NCBI GenBank assembly: GCA_973895155.1
Contig: OZ316893.1
Span: 3,058,430-3,122,429 of the forward strand
Direction of reading: 5' to 3'
Source of the DNA: Marsupella aquatica
Taxonomy: Eukaryota; Plantae; Marchantiophyta
Length of the DNA stretch: 64,000 nt
The notes beneath the pieces were generated by a model. It searched no databases and had not been told where the DNA came from. It worked only from the letters and a program-made list of their open reading frames with translations. Both the position numbers and the translations under genes were made by a program. Positions within the stretch are counted from its first letter, which is position 1, and every line of letters begins with the position of its first letter. Below, piece after piece: positions 11,008 to 22,579 of this stretch.

Positions 11008-14000
11008 ATGGCTTCAGGCGACGCAACCAAGCTCTCTTTCTCAGATAGCGACAAGTTAACTGGGGCACACAATTACATTGTGTGGTCCTTTTATGTTGAG
11101 CAAATTCTGAGAGAAAGAGACCTCTGGGAGATTGTCGACCCCACCACGAATACACCTACTCCAACAGCTGGAGGAAGTAACGCTGCCCAGCAGCATACTC
11201 CCTCACAAGCACAAAGCGCAGCATCAGCATCTTCTGAAGGAGGCGATGCTCAGCAGCGACCTGCAGCTACCAGTGGACCCGCAGCAGGTGCATCAAAGAG
11301 CCTGGCTGACGTCCAGAAGCAGAAGGACAGGGTAATCATTATACTTACCAAGACCGTCCATTCTTCTATTATTCCTATCGTTCGAAGGCTTAGTAAGGAT
11401 CCTGCCAAGCTGTGGGCTATCCTTAAGCAAAAGTTTGAGTCATCAGCACTCCAGCAAAAGTTGGATCTCAAGTCCGCTCTTGCTGAAGCTCGCATGAGTG
11501 AGGGGTCCTCAGTGGAGGCCTACCTCAAGAAGATCGAGTACCACGTAATGCAACTAGGCAGCATAGGAGAGGAAATAGACGACAAGGAACTCATTCATAT
11601 TGTGCTAAAAAAATTGCCTGCAAGTTGGTCTGCGTTCAAATCAGTCTATAGTGTCATGTATGCCAAGGATCCTCTAGCCACTTTTGCAGATCTGGAGGAG
11701 TATTTACAGGCTGAAGAATTCAGTCGTAAACCACACAACGAAGCTGATGAGCAATCTCTGCTTGCCCTCACTTACCCAAAACGTGGAGAGGGAAGTAGAG
11801 GTCATCGTGGACGCGGAAGGGGACGTCATGACCGAGGAAGACCTCATAGAGCATATGATGGTGGCCCAGATCGACGAAACTGCAACTTCTGTGGGAAGCG
11901 AGGCCACTGGGAAGCTGACTGCTTCATTAAAACGGCTGACACAGAGATCAAGACGATGTCTGTGTCTCAGTTGAAGGACCTGCACTCGAAAATCAAAGAC
12001 ATCAAAGCCACTCCTGCATCCAAGGCGTACTTTGCTGAGGGGGACATTGGAGACAACAACTCTGAGTTTGGTGAATCCAGTGATCCCAAATCTTCACTCA
12101 CTATTGAAGCAATGCTCAGTGAACTTGATGCCAACAGCACTGAAGACAAGACCTGGATTCTTGACAGTGGAGCCTCAGCTCACATTAGTCGAGACAATAG
12201 TGGTTTTGTGAATCTTACTGGAGGCGCCTCTACCTCCACTGTCCTGACGGCCAATGGCTCTAAAATGCCAGTCACAGGATCTGGATGTATTCCACTTTCA
12301 GGAAATAAATCTATTCGAGATGTTTTGTATGTACCGTCTATTGCTAGGAATTTACTCTCCGTTGGCAAGTTCACTGATCAAGGCCACTCCGTGCTGTTCA
12401 ATTCATCTAGCTGCTATATATTTGATCCAAATAGACCATCACAGCCCTACCTCAAGGGCTATAGAGATCCTCGTAGCAAGCTATACAAGGTGAAGTTGCC
12501 AGACCGTCCTCCCGGGAGAAATCTAGCTAAGACTACGCTGCTGCACCCCAAGCTATCTTCTCAATGTCACCTGGCCGAATCACGACTATCTCAAACAGAG
12601 CTCTGGCATCAACGTTTGGGACACTCTAGTCATCAACGTATAAGCTACATGATCCGGAAGGAGTTAATCACGGGAGCTCCATCTTCACTCCCTACCCCTG
12701 ACCAACTATGCGAGACTTGCATAAAAGGGAAGCAATCTCGTCATCGCATACCTAAGCTTGCAACATCTCGTGCAACTAAAACTCTGGAATTAATCCACTC
12801 TGACCTCTGTGGTCCCTTACCGGTTGCCTCTCTCTCTGGAGCAAGGTACATAATGACATTCACTGATGACTTCTCTCGACACTCATGGGTCTACTTTCTT
12901 AGAACCAAAGACGAAGCCTTAAACAAATTCAAAATCTTCAAGCAAGAAGTCGAGACCTCTCTCGGCGCAAAAATCATGTGTCTACGCAGCGACAGAGGGG
13001 GAGAGTATATGTCAGATTTATTCAGATCATTTTGTCAGCAGCAAGGCATACACAGGCAACTCACCGTAGCAGGAACCCCTCATCAGAATGGGGTAGCAGA
13101 ACGTAAAAACCGGACCCTTCTTAATATCGTACGTAGCTTGTCAATTGGCTCGAACTTTCCAGCCTACCTATGGGAAGAATTGGTCAACACAGCCAATTAC
13201 ATCAACAACAGATGTAGCACACGAGCCTTGAATCTCTCTACCCCCACTGAATGTCTCACGGGTATCAAACCAGACGTCAGTCACTTTCGTATTATAGGAA
13301 GTACAGCACATGTCCACATACCCAAAGAAATGCGCAACAAGCTCCAGCCAAAATCAATCCGAACTGTGCTTATAGGCTACGACAACAATAGCAAGGCATA
13401 TCGCTGCTTCGATCCAGAATCACGTAAAATCCTCATTTCTCGGGATGTGATCTTTGATGAGTCCACTCAAGGGGATTTCTCAACAACTCAAGTTCATCAA
13501 CAAGAAAGCATACTCGACTTGTTCCCGTTTGATGACAACTCTGATAGTGAGCCAGTCACTGCAAATCAGGTTCCAGTTGTTGACTCAACTACTCCTGAAA
13601 TGGACCCGCCAACCTCAGACTCCATCGACAATTTACCAATGGAGCAGGCAGCTGAGATTCCTGACTCTTCATCAAACTTCACCGATACTCCAACGGCTGT
13701 TCCTGAACCACGCCAAGTCCGAAGAGCACGTCAACGGGCATCACAACGAGCTCTCCAACGAACACGATCACCATCTGGTAGGATGACGTCGCACCCCTAT
13801 TGGCTTTCTGATTTTACAGCATACATCTCAGAAACCACCGAGCAGCTCTTCCTGGCCCTACTTGCTGAATCTATCGACAATATCTCAGTCAATGATGCTC
13901 TCTCCGACTCGCGCTGGGTCAGTGCTATGCAACTCGAAATGGATGCACATCGCAAAAATGGCACCTGGGAACTTGTCAATCTCCCTCCCGGAGAGAAAGT

Positions 14001-15489
14001 GCTTTCAGCCAGGTGGGTGCTTAGAGAAAAACTTGACCAAGAAGGAAATGTCAAGTTCAAGGCCCGGGTAGTCGCCAGGGGGAATGAGCAACGTGAGGGA
14101 TTGGACTACGAAGAAACCTTTGCTCCCGTAGTCAAGTGGTCTACAGTCAGGCTGATAGTAGCACTTGCAGCGTCTCTTGGTTGGCCCTTATCACACATGG
14201 ATGTAGTGACGGCATTTCTCAACGGCACTCTTAGAGAAACAATCTACATGATGCAACCCCCAGGGTTTCTGACCCCAGGCCAAGAAAAGCTGGTATGTAG
14301 ACTCAGAAAATCCATTTATGGGCTCAAGCAAAGCCCTCGAGCATGGTATGAAGAAGTGGACTCCTTCCTTCGCTCAATTGGGTGCAAACGTAGCTCCCTT
14401 GATCCCAATCTGTATACTATGCATAGGGATGGAAAAATTGCAATCATTCTGCTCTTTGTTGATGATCTTCTACTCACTGGTAGTGGAATAGATCTCATAA
14501 CTGAACTAAAGGAGCAGCTGAAAGCAAAGTACGAAATGAAAGATCTAGGAGCAGCAAAGAGATATTTGGGCATTGATTTTCTTGCTACAGAAACAGGGAT
14601 ACTACTGCATCAGAAGCACTACTCAGATCAACTCGTTCTTGACTATGGTATGGATAAATGTAAGCCTGTAGCCACCCCGTTACCAGAAGGCCTTGAGCTC
14701 TCTGCGGAGACCAACACTCAAGACATCGACTCCACGGATTACAGTCAACTTGTTGGGAAACTCATATATCTCACTAACACGCGTCCGGACATTTCATTTT
14801 CAGTTGGATTAGTGAGCAGATTTATGAGTCAACCACAACAAGCTCACCTTGATGCTGCCATGCACATTGTTCGCTATGTCAGTGGAACATCTGATCTGGG
14901 AGTATTCTACGCCAAGGATAGTCCACTTGACTTAGAAGGATTCACTGATTCTGATTGGGGAAATTCCTGTCCCGACACGAGAAGGTCAACTGGCGGATAC
15001 ATATTCAAGCTCTCCGAAGGTCCTGTCACCTGGAGTAGCAAAAGGCAACCAACGGTGTCCCGGTCCACCACAGAAGCAGAATACAAAGCACTCTCGGATG
15101 GTGCCCAAGAAGGAGTCTATCTTAAACGGCTACTCGAAGAACTGCAAAGTAATGACTCTCCTCCAAGCAAAGTCCATTGCAAGAACAGCGACGTCACAAC
15201 AGACCTGGTGAACGCAACCCCGACACTTCAAGACTTACACTTAAATTGTGATAACATGAGCGCTGTTAAGCTTGCAAAAAATCCAGTGTTCCATGCCCGA
15301 AAGAAACATTTGGAAATACATCACCACTTTGTAAGAGAACGAGTACTCGAAGGGGAACTTTCTATACATCACGTCAAATCTGAAGATCAAGTAGCTGACA
15401 TCTTGACAAAGTCACTGTCGAAGATAAAGTTCATTAGAAACCGAGATGTATTAGGAATGCGATCAGTAACCCAACTACAGTCAGGATGA
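11008..15489 (+). CDS. Copia gag-pol polyprotein (gag, CCHC, protease, integrase, RT, RNase H), 1493 aa
   Basis: CNFCGKRGHWEADC, WILDSGAS, LWHQRLGH, HSDLCGP, RSDRGGEY, QNGVAERKNR, MDVVTAFLNG, LFVDDLLL, FTDSDW, TEAEY, KHLEIHHHFVRE in copia order. Confidence 0.98.
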   Translation: MASGDATKLSFSDSDKLTGAHNYIVWSFYVEQILRERDLWEIVDPTTNTPTPTAGGSNAAQQHTPSQAQSAASASSEGGDAQQRPAATSGPAAGASKSLADVQKQKDRVIIILTKTVHSSIIPIVRRLSKDPAKLWAILKQKFESSALQQKLDLKSALAEARMSEGSSVEAYLKKIEYHVMQLGSIGEEIDDKELIHIVLKKLPASWSAFKSVYSVMYAKDPLATFADLEEYLQAEEFSRKPHNEADEQSLLALTYPKRGEGSRGHRGRGRGRHDRGRPHRAYDGGPDRRNCNFCGKRGHWEADCFIKTADTEIKTMSVSQLKDLHSKIKDIKATPASKAYFAEGDIGDNNSEFGESSDPKSSLTIEAMLSELDANSTEDKTWILDSGASAHISRDNSGFVNLTGGASTSTVLTANGSKMPVTGSGCIPLSGNKSIRDVLYVPSIARNLLSVGKFTDQGHSVLFNSSSCYIFDPNRPSQPYLKGYRDPRSKLYKVKLPDRPPGRNLAKTTLLHPKLSSQCHLAESRLSQTELWHQRLGHSSHQRISYMIRKELITGAPSSLPTPDQLCETCIKGKQSRHRIPKLATSRATKTLELIHSDLCGPLPVASLSGARYIMTFTDDFSRHSWVYFLRTKDEALNKFKIFKQEVETSLGAKIMCLRSDRGGEYMSDLFRSFCQQQGIHRQLTVAGTPHQNGVAERKNRTLLNIVRSLSIGSNFPAYLWEELVNTANYINNRCSTRALNLSTPTECLTGIKPDVSHFRIIGSTAHVHIPKEMRNKLQPKSIRTVLIGYDNNSKAYRCFDPESRKILISRDVIFDESTQGDFSTTQVHQQESILDLFPFDDNSDSEPVTANQVPVVDSTTPEMDPPTSDSIDNLPMEQAAEIPDSSSNFTDTPTAVPEPRQVRRARQRASQRALQRTRSPSGRMTSHPYWLSDFTAYISETTEQLFLALLAESIDNISVNDALSDSRWVSAMQLEMDAHRKNGTWELVNLPPGEKVLSARWVLREKLDQEGNVKFKARVVARGNEQREGLDYEETFAPVVKWSTVRLIVALAASLGWPLSHMDVVTAFLNGTLRETIYMMQPPGFLTPGQEKLVCRLRKSIYGLKQSPRAWYEEVDSFLRSIGCKRSSLDPNLYTMHRDGKIAIILLFVDDLLLTGSGIDLITELKEQLKAKYEMKDLGAAKRYLGIDFLATETGILLHQKHYSDQLVLDYGMDKCKPVATPLPEGLELSAETNTQDIDSTDYSQLVGKLIYLTNTRPDISFSVGLVSRFMSQPQQAHLDAAMHIVRYVSGTSDLGVFYAKDSPLDLEGFTDSDWGNSCPDTRRSTGGYIFKLSEGPVTWSSKRQPTVSRSTTEAEYKALSDGAQEGVYLKRLLEELQSNDSPPSKVHCKNSDVTTDLVNATPTLQDLHLNCDNMSAVKLAKNPVFHARKKHLEIHHHFVRERVLEGELSIHHVKSEDQVADILTKSLSKIKFIRNRDVLGMRSVTQLQSG

Positions 15490-16037
15490 TTGACACCCAT
15501 AGAGTAAATTCTCCTCATTAAGGCCACTGACATTGCTCTATTTAGCCTAGTCTCAATTTCTAGCGCTCTAGCTTGCTCCTTCGCTAGATACAATTCTGCC
15601 TCGCTATGAGTCTTGAACGACTTATACTTGTTGCCTCGGAAGCCGCTCACTAATGGCTCTGCCTCCTCCCAAGTAGTGTAGATCCCCGGGCGTCGACCTC
15701 GTGCCACAGCATAATATCTTCTGGTCAACTCCTTCGAGAAATCTTGAGCTCCGTCTTCTGTTGGCAGGCATTCAGGATCTCCCTTGCATACAGGAGCGCT
15801 TGGCTCTAATGAATGCATCATCTCTCCAGCTGCCTCAATCTCTATCGAAGTGCCAGCAAGTGACACCGATGTCTCTGGATCCCCAACAGGGGGAGTCGTC
15901 TCTTCTGCTCGGGGTGTGCTGCCATAACTACATACCAAATAGTCGTAAGCACTCCGGGAAAGCGCCGATATGAACTCCAACAGGGAAAGAACCAAATGCA
16001 TCACTGATTCCTTTAACGTTGCCTCCTCGTGTGCCAT
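15387..16037 (-). CDS. Antisense accessory ORF of the copia element with an RNase H1 N-terminal / caulimovirus P6 (viroplasmin) hybrid/dsRNA-binding domain, 216 aa
   Basis: RRYYAVARGRRPGIYTTWEEAEPLVSGFRGNKYKSFKTHSEAELYL fits the YAVxxGxxxGIYxxWxxxxxxVxGFxxxxYKxFxxxxEA consensus. gccATGG start; TATATA at 16071-16076. Confidence 0.8.
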   Translation of the reverse strand: MAHEEATLKESVMHLVLSLLEFISALSRSAYDYLVCSYGSTPRAEETTPPVGDPETSVSLAGTSIEIEAAGEMMHSLEPSAPVCKGDPECLPTEDGAQDFSKELTRRYYAVARGRRPGIYTTWEEAEPLVSGFRGNKYKSFKTHSEAELYLAKEQARALEIETRLNRAMSVALMRRIYSMGVNHPDCSWVTDRIPNTSRFLMNFIFDSDFVKMSAT

Positions 16038-16170
16038 GGCTGTCCGAACTCTGGGTGCACTTATGTCATGTATATACTTAGATCAAGTCGACTCATAAGG
16101 CTGCGTCACTTCTCTCTCTCTCTCACAGCTAAATTTATGTCGACCTTGGTGGTCACAGCGAGCCACGGTC

Positions 16171-16179
16171 GAGAGGGGG
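16171..16179 (+). promoter_or_regulatory. Polypurine tract
   Basis: GAGAGGGGG directly before the 3' LTR. Confidence 0.9.
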
Positions 16180-16482
16180 TGTTGGATTTTGTCAGTCCTG
16201 TCCGTTGCTGACTCCCTTTGGCTCATTGTCGGGAGTTGTTACTCTACTGGCTGTCTCGGACTCGCTGCCGTAGTTGGTAGGCAGTCTTCCCTAGATCCGT
16301 TTCGGGATCAGTCTGACTGCGCCACACTTAGCACAGTCCTAACCATAATTAGTTAGTCTGATCCCGGGATTATCCCTGTCGGCTGCTTGCCGCTGGCGCC
16401 TACTTGCGCCCTCACTTAAGCTGTATATAATGAGCCTCAGCGCTCCCGATTAATTAAGTTTCACACATTGAAAACTTCCACA
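16180..16482 (+). repeat. 3' LTR of copia element
   Basis: Near-identical to 10642-10944. Confidence 0.97.
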
Positions 16483-16487
16483 ATACA

Positions 16488-17190
16488 CATCTCGAACAAA
16501 TAAGATATCGTTGAAGGTCGCTACTTCAATATTTTAGAGACGAGAAAGCTTATCATATATGGGTTGGATCTAGATAGATGTACGTGTGGCTGCTACACTT
16601 GAGGCAGTAGTTGGTATGGGCATGAGATATCTTCAGGCTTTAAGTCATTTTTGGGCAGGACCCGGTAATGTGATAGATTGGAAGATTTGTCGACGTAGAT
16701 ATATGTGAGCCACGTACCTGCTGCTCAACCAGTTTCTTGTATCTTTTCACCGAACAACCGAGCTTTTTCATGGGAGAAAAATCTTGACTTCCTCTGTCAC
16801 TCGTATCGCCAAGACTCTGATCGAGTTCCATTCATGGTCCTAGAGTAAGTTCCTGCATTTGTATATAAATGCTCATTACATATATATATAAGATACAAGA
16901 GTACGTAATTCCGAGAGTAACTCAAATTGACCTACAGTTCGATGGTGTTGAAGAAATTGATTTCTCGAAAGCTGGGACGGATTCCTCCCAAAGAGGTCAA
17001 GTATGTAATGCTGCACTCAAAGCGCACAGTCCCAGTTTCTTCTGTCAACATTCCACACACGGGTCCACACACGTCCTCAGAGTTCTTGTACGTTAGTTGA
17101 AGAGACGAATATTGAGATCTGAGAACGGTCTCCTAGATCTGCCGATGGAACGGCACGGATCGTGCAGTCTCAAATCTAGACGGTCGCGTA
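16488..17190 (+). repeat. Local segmental duplication (3' flank of the secreted-protein gene family)
   Basis: Together with 10551-10641, colinear with 22595-23110 + 23680-24000; the first part also matches 8830-9060 in inverted orientation (GTGTGGCTGCTACACTT; CTACAGTTYGAYGGTGTTGAAGAAATTG). Confidence 0.8.
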
Positions 17191-18921
17191 TAGCACGAGG
17201 GAAACTCTACCGTTCACGATATCATACTGTATTCGCATGAGGGCCTTAAAGCATGAGTCCAAAGGGATTGTACATTGTTAGGTTGCTCAGCGATACCATT
17301 TCTGTCTTTTTGACCAGCCTATCCTTCCCCACTGTACCCGCTCTCCTGTATGTCTCCCTTCCTGGACACTCTGACCTCTATTCTGTACTCGTGGGTTGCC
17401 AATCTCCAGTTGCTGGTCCATAATTATATGTTATACACCTTAGTTAGAATCGTGAACCCAAGCCGCTCCTTCCCACCGAAAACACCAGCCTAGCTCCATT
17501 CGATCGTCCAAGCATTTGATTGCACTCCAGTGGCTAGCTTGGAACCCATGACCCCAGTATATATATGCAGAGACTGCTTCCACCAATATATTGCAATCTC
17601 CTTGATTCCAATTCAAACTGCTTCACAGACCAGAGCCAAGGTAACGAGGATATCTCGTCATGAGGAGTGAAGAACAAAGACAATTCTATAAAATCAAAGC
17701 ACGAACTCACAAGCAAGGTACACATTGCTGCTCTTTACTTGACTCACTGTTTGACACGGAAGCTGGAGACTGACGAGGAGGGAGAGATTAGTACTAAGGT
17801 ATCCCCACTAGCCCCCGCCACTAGCCAGATCTTCTTATGGATGATTTTCACTTATCTGATGTGGACTTCACAAACTAGTACGTATGTAAACGAACCATGC
17901 ATGCAATAATTATAGACTCTAAGATAAGAAAGGATCGAGATTATGGTATGGATCAAGTGCCAGATTTACAATCTCGTTTATCAGAATGACATAATAATCA
18001 CTTAAATACATTTGGAGCATTTTGAACACAAAGTGGCCCTTGTGCCTTTGTTACAAAGGTTGTACTTGGCATCTGCCCGTCTCTTTGCTTGGCTGCCCAC
18101 TTCACTTTTGGAACAGACGGTTGAGATTAGTTGTGCCAATTCACGAAAAGATTTGGTATTGTACTACACGCATATCACTATTGTACACTACTTTTAAGAC
18201 CCCCGATTCTCTCCGCCAGCAAAGGCCAGGACAGGTGCTTGCGAGCTTCCAGGGAGAACAGCCGTCGAGGGAAGGAGCGTTGCTATGATCTTGGCCTTTT
18301 TAAATCCTGTCAGTTACCCTTCAATTGGAGAGAGAAGGTTTCTGAATGTCAAATTTGGATTTGAATTGTATCGTCAATTCACCAATTTGAAACACTTTTG
18401 AGTAATTGGGCGGCACATCAGCTGCAGCAGAGCGGGTCACCCTTATGTGACTGGTTGGATAAAACCAAATGCCGGTTTTGGGTGCGACTAGTTTTTGAGC
18501 GGAGCAGACATTAAACGAGTAAATTTAAAAGTCTTCTCTCTCCAAGAACAGTTAATCCTGGACGTACAAAGAAACATTGGCTATATTTTGGTTCCCAGTC
18601 CACGTTGGCTTCCGAATTTCGTTCCCAGTCGTGTCACTTTATTTTCGCTTACAATCCTGTCGTTGTTTCTGCCGGATTTGGAGTCCACAGCATGGTCAAT
18701 TCCTTGCCCCTAGGCATATCGATTATGCCTCTTGCATGCAAAGCTGGATTGCTAAAGATACAGCCCTGGGTCCTGCAATTGACAATACTGGAAGAAAGGA
18801 GATTAAGTACACAATTTGACAATACTAGAAGATGAGGAGATTACTGTAATTTTCAACTTGAGGAAGTTGAAACGATGTGGGACCAACCTCGACCACAAAT
18901 TCGATTTGTTGTCATTTATCA

Positions 18922-19133
18922 ATTCTGACCCTCGTTGGCGCCTGGTGGAGGTATTTTGGCTCTGAGGGTACGTACCTGGATTTTATTCCTGCAGGTACAA
19001 AGACTTCAAGCCTTCGTTTGTTGTGACCGATTCTGACTCTCGTTGGCGCCTGGTCGCGTGAGATGCTCTTAAGAGTATCATATTATGGCCTTGAAGTTAC
19101 CTGGATTTTATTTTTGCAGGTACATAGACTTCA
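18922..19133. repeat. Diverged ~108-bp tandem duplication
   Basis: TTCTGACYCTCGTTGGCGCCTGGT ... TACCTGGATTTTATT..TGCAGGTACA.AGACTTCA twice. Confidence 0.75.
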
Positions 19134-22100
19134 CGCCGGGCTACCGAAAGCGGTGTTTGTAAGCCTGGTTTTGTAAGGTGTATCAATTTGCATCTTCACG
19201 GCAGATTATTAGAATTTTCTTTCTTAAGATGGAAATAATGAGTCTCTTCTTTCCAAGTGCCCCAGTTCGTTTACACTTAGATTCAACATAGTTACCGAAG
19301 CTAAACTTAAGTAGGTGCCTAATCTGTGCAAATTTACGTGTGGGTAGGGAAGGAGATACGAGAGGTAGTCCAGTATCACGCTACTGGATTAGATATATCG
19401 ATAGGATCTTATATTCATTTGGGTTAGGGAAGTTTTTGCATATAGCTGATCGTTGTGTATCACTTGGAATTTTGGTGAACGACGGAAGTCTCCGACATCA
19501 AACGCTGGTGCATTGAGGTAGAAATATCCCAATATAAAATGTCAGTCTCTTCGGCTTGCCTTCCGCTGTCTGCTCAGTGTATTTAACCATTACAGACGTT
19601 GGAAATTTACTTTGCTCCTCAATCGATCTATTTTTGAGGGGCGGGGTCCATGGACGTCAAATCTTATCATCCAGTAATTTGTGCTTCTTCCACTGGAAAC
19701 CATGGTGAAATCTTCAAACACTAACTCCACTCAGAGCTCAAGATTACAGACTCACTTTCTGGTGGTGTGAGATTGAAAGCCAATTACATTTCATATCATG
19801 TGAAATTTTTGTTTATGATCAGCCTGCAGAGATGATCCCCACTTCCGGGCCTTAGCTTCGCTGGAACTTCGCTCTCAGAAGACTGATGCCGTGTTTGTAA
19901 GAGGGCCTAGATGCACTTGGAAATCTGACAATGATAAATTATCCTCACAAGGTGAATTTCTTCTTATCACTCTTCCTTGCATTTAGAAGTCGATCTAGCT
20001 AGCCTTCATATGATATTGGGTAGGCGGGGATCCTGGACCGGCCTGGATTCTCAAAACTAAGGGTGATTCTAATGTATATATATAGGTGCGGGACTTTCTT
20101 CGCCATTTTGACTACTTTGTTTGAGCAGATCCAGGTGATGCTGCGCTGGCTGCTAGGGTACGCTCCACGCTGTTGAAGTTCGAAGCCGTATTTTTAGCAA
20201 CTTTCTCTTTGGATCATCTGGTGTCACAATTACTAGGCTGATGGCGATGGACCTAGCTCACTTGTTCTGTCCTTTCAGAGTATACGGGCGGGTATACGGG
20301 GCATGGCACCAGGGTAGTATATATAAGCTTCGGGGCCGTGTTATATATCACTCCCATCAGACTGGAGGTCTATATATACGGCACTTTCAGCTGGGCCACT
20401 CTAACCGTCCCGGCCAACATACCATCTTGGAAGACTGAAACTACTATTTGTGGCTCTGGTTATTTGTCATCATTTCAGCCTGCGGTTCCAGAAATTTTAC
20501 AAACTGCCAACTGCAAAACTGCGAAGCTTGGCACTGCTTTAGGAGTTCCTTCTGGGTCCAGTACTACTACGACTGCCACCTGGAAAGCTTGGGAGATGAA
20601 TTCTGTTACCTTGCGAATGTTTCCTCTTTAGAGAGTCCCACTGAAGTGCTGCTGCTAGTGGGTGCTCCAAGCGCAATTCTTGATATGGCTCTGACAGTTC
20701 CAATATTTTTTAACTCGGGACATAGATGCGACCGAAGTGGTCGAGATTGACGGTGCAAATGCTTAGCAATTGAGACTCTCAGCGATCGATTCTCTTGTGA
20801 AAAAACTGATTGCTTACTGAGTTGCTGCTCACGATATTTCACCCTTCTGTCTACATATATGGATTTCTTCCACTGATCTAAGGCATCCTAGTAAGACTAA
20901 TATGGTAGTGTTTATTGAGGCCAGCATTTAAGTTTCGGATATGCCCCCGAAATCCAAATTGTGGTCGAAAGTAATTTTCAGTTGGCATCTTGAAAGTGAA
21001 CGTGCCAAAGGCCCGGCCAAAGGTCCACACATCGTTTGTCCCGTTGTCGTGTGGACTGACGCTTTGTTTGCTTGTTGTTTCTTCCTTGATGCAATGCTTT
21101 TTGGTAGTCACGTGAATAGGGTCTCTGTGATCTTGTGGTCCTTCGCTGGGGGTACTGCCACTCCAACACAAATCAAGTAGCAAAAAAAAGCCAATCACAA
21201 AGATAATGGCTGTTCGCTCACCGGACTGAGGACGAAATGGAATCGGGCGTCTCTACTGTTTTTATTCAAAACGGATTCAAAACTACTCACCCACCGGATA
21301 TTGAGACCCGGACGGATATTGAGACCAGTCCAGACATATTACCAAATGAACTTCCGCTATTATTGATGTATGCTTTGCAGAAGATTTTCAGATGATTACT
21401 TCGAAGCTCCTTATGCGTTAAAAACTGTTACTTTTCCAATGATTACGGGGATTGCAGTCAGTGTTTCAAATTGCATTTTTTGATCCACTAGCCCCTACTA
21501 CAGTTCTTTGAACCTGAATAGGTGCAATTACCCCTTCAAAATATATATTTTATTTATATTCTTCTAAGGTTAATGAAATGATAAAAAATATTCATTTTAA
21601 TAATCATATATAATATACCATTTTCTTTTGTTATTTTTGCACATATGTTTGTAATGAAATAAATTATCACCCAAAAAACTTGCATGTATCAGTTTATATA
21701 CATCATAGTCATGAATATTTCCATGCACTTGATGACCATGGTGAAGTTAGTCTACAAATTCCACTCTAGGCCTAGGCTTCAGATGACTGAAATAACCCAA
21801 TCAAAGTCTCTGTGGTCAATACTCCACTTCCATGAGCAGGACGATGCAAATTCTAACACAACATACAGAAGATTGAACCTATTCATGCATGGACTCGAAA
21901 ACCTGGAGCCCTATCACGCAATGACCCATGAAACCTAGAGTAAGGAGCTACAAAGAGCAATTCGGTGGAGAGAATTAAGAATACTTCCTCGCAAACTGCT
22001 GGGATCCGAGCAAATCTTGCAGCCATGGGTGACTTGTCACAGTACCGGTCGACAAGGATCTACTGCTCTTGGAATCTTGTTGCTGGGATAAGATTTGAAT

Positions 22101-22329
22101 CGTGGAAAAAGATGATTGTCACCAGGGCCTCGCAACTGGCCAGGCATCGGCGCCCTCTTGTAGACTGAACATTTCATCCGTCACTGACTCCCACAAGCCT
22201 TGCGCGCCGTTCTGCCGCTTGGATTCAAACGTTCAAACCCGAATGTTGGTGCATTGGCCCTCCAGTGGCTCATTCCCACATCCCCACACACTTCACAAAA
22301 GCCTTGCAGTCATTCAAGAACTTAAGCCC

Positions 22330-22579
22330 ATAAGATCCTATACTCTTTCAGCAGTGCCGTGGCATGGGGGACGAACCACACTGTACGTGGATGGACTGTG
22401 GGTCTTCGTGGTATTCTGTGTCTCTTTATTTTCGTACGGCTGATGACTACGGTGCTATGGTAACAGAAGTGATTATTTCGCGCCCATGCTTCAGCCACGA
22501 TTTCAGTGTCGACGAATGCGTGAACAATTGAGCTTGAGGCTTACCCGGTTGCGTCACCTGGTCAGCTTCGGTTTGGTAG
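22330..22579 (+). pseudogene. Decayed paralogue of the 9077-9475 secreted protein (5'-truncated)
   Basis: YTLSAVPWHGGRTTL / MDCGSSWYSVSLYFRTADDYG..ISRPCFSHDFSVDECVNN*A*GLPGCVTWSASVW* aligns with CTLSAVAWSGAGSTLQMDCGSSGYSVSLDF...ARPGFSNSFGTTECQYNCNCNGLPDCVTWIGSAF; frameshift and stops. Confidence 0.85.

Larger units (their letters stand above)
10642..16482 (+). mobile_element. Intact, young Ty1/copia LTR retrotransposon
   Basis: Two 303-bp TG...CA LTRs (2 differences by eye), 5-bp TSD ATACA (10637-10641 / 16483-16487), PBS, PPT and an uninterrupted gag-pol. Confidence 0.98.

Noticed and set aside
16640-16831. Similar short minus-strand ORFs here and at 22752-23057 (SVKRYKKL)
   Set aside because: The similarity is explained by duplication of non-coding 3' flank; frames are not conserved between copies.
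17534-18835. Short ORFs suggesting a decayed gene
   Set aside because: No recognisable motifs or consistent exon structure.
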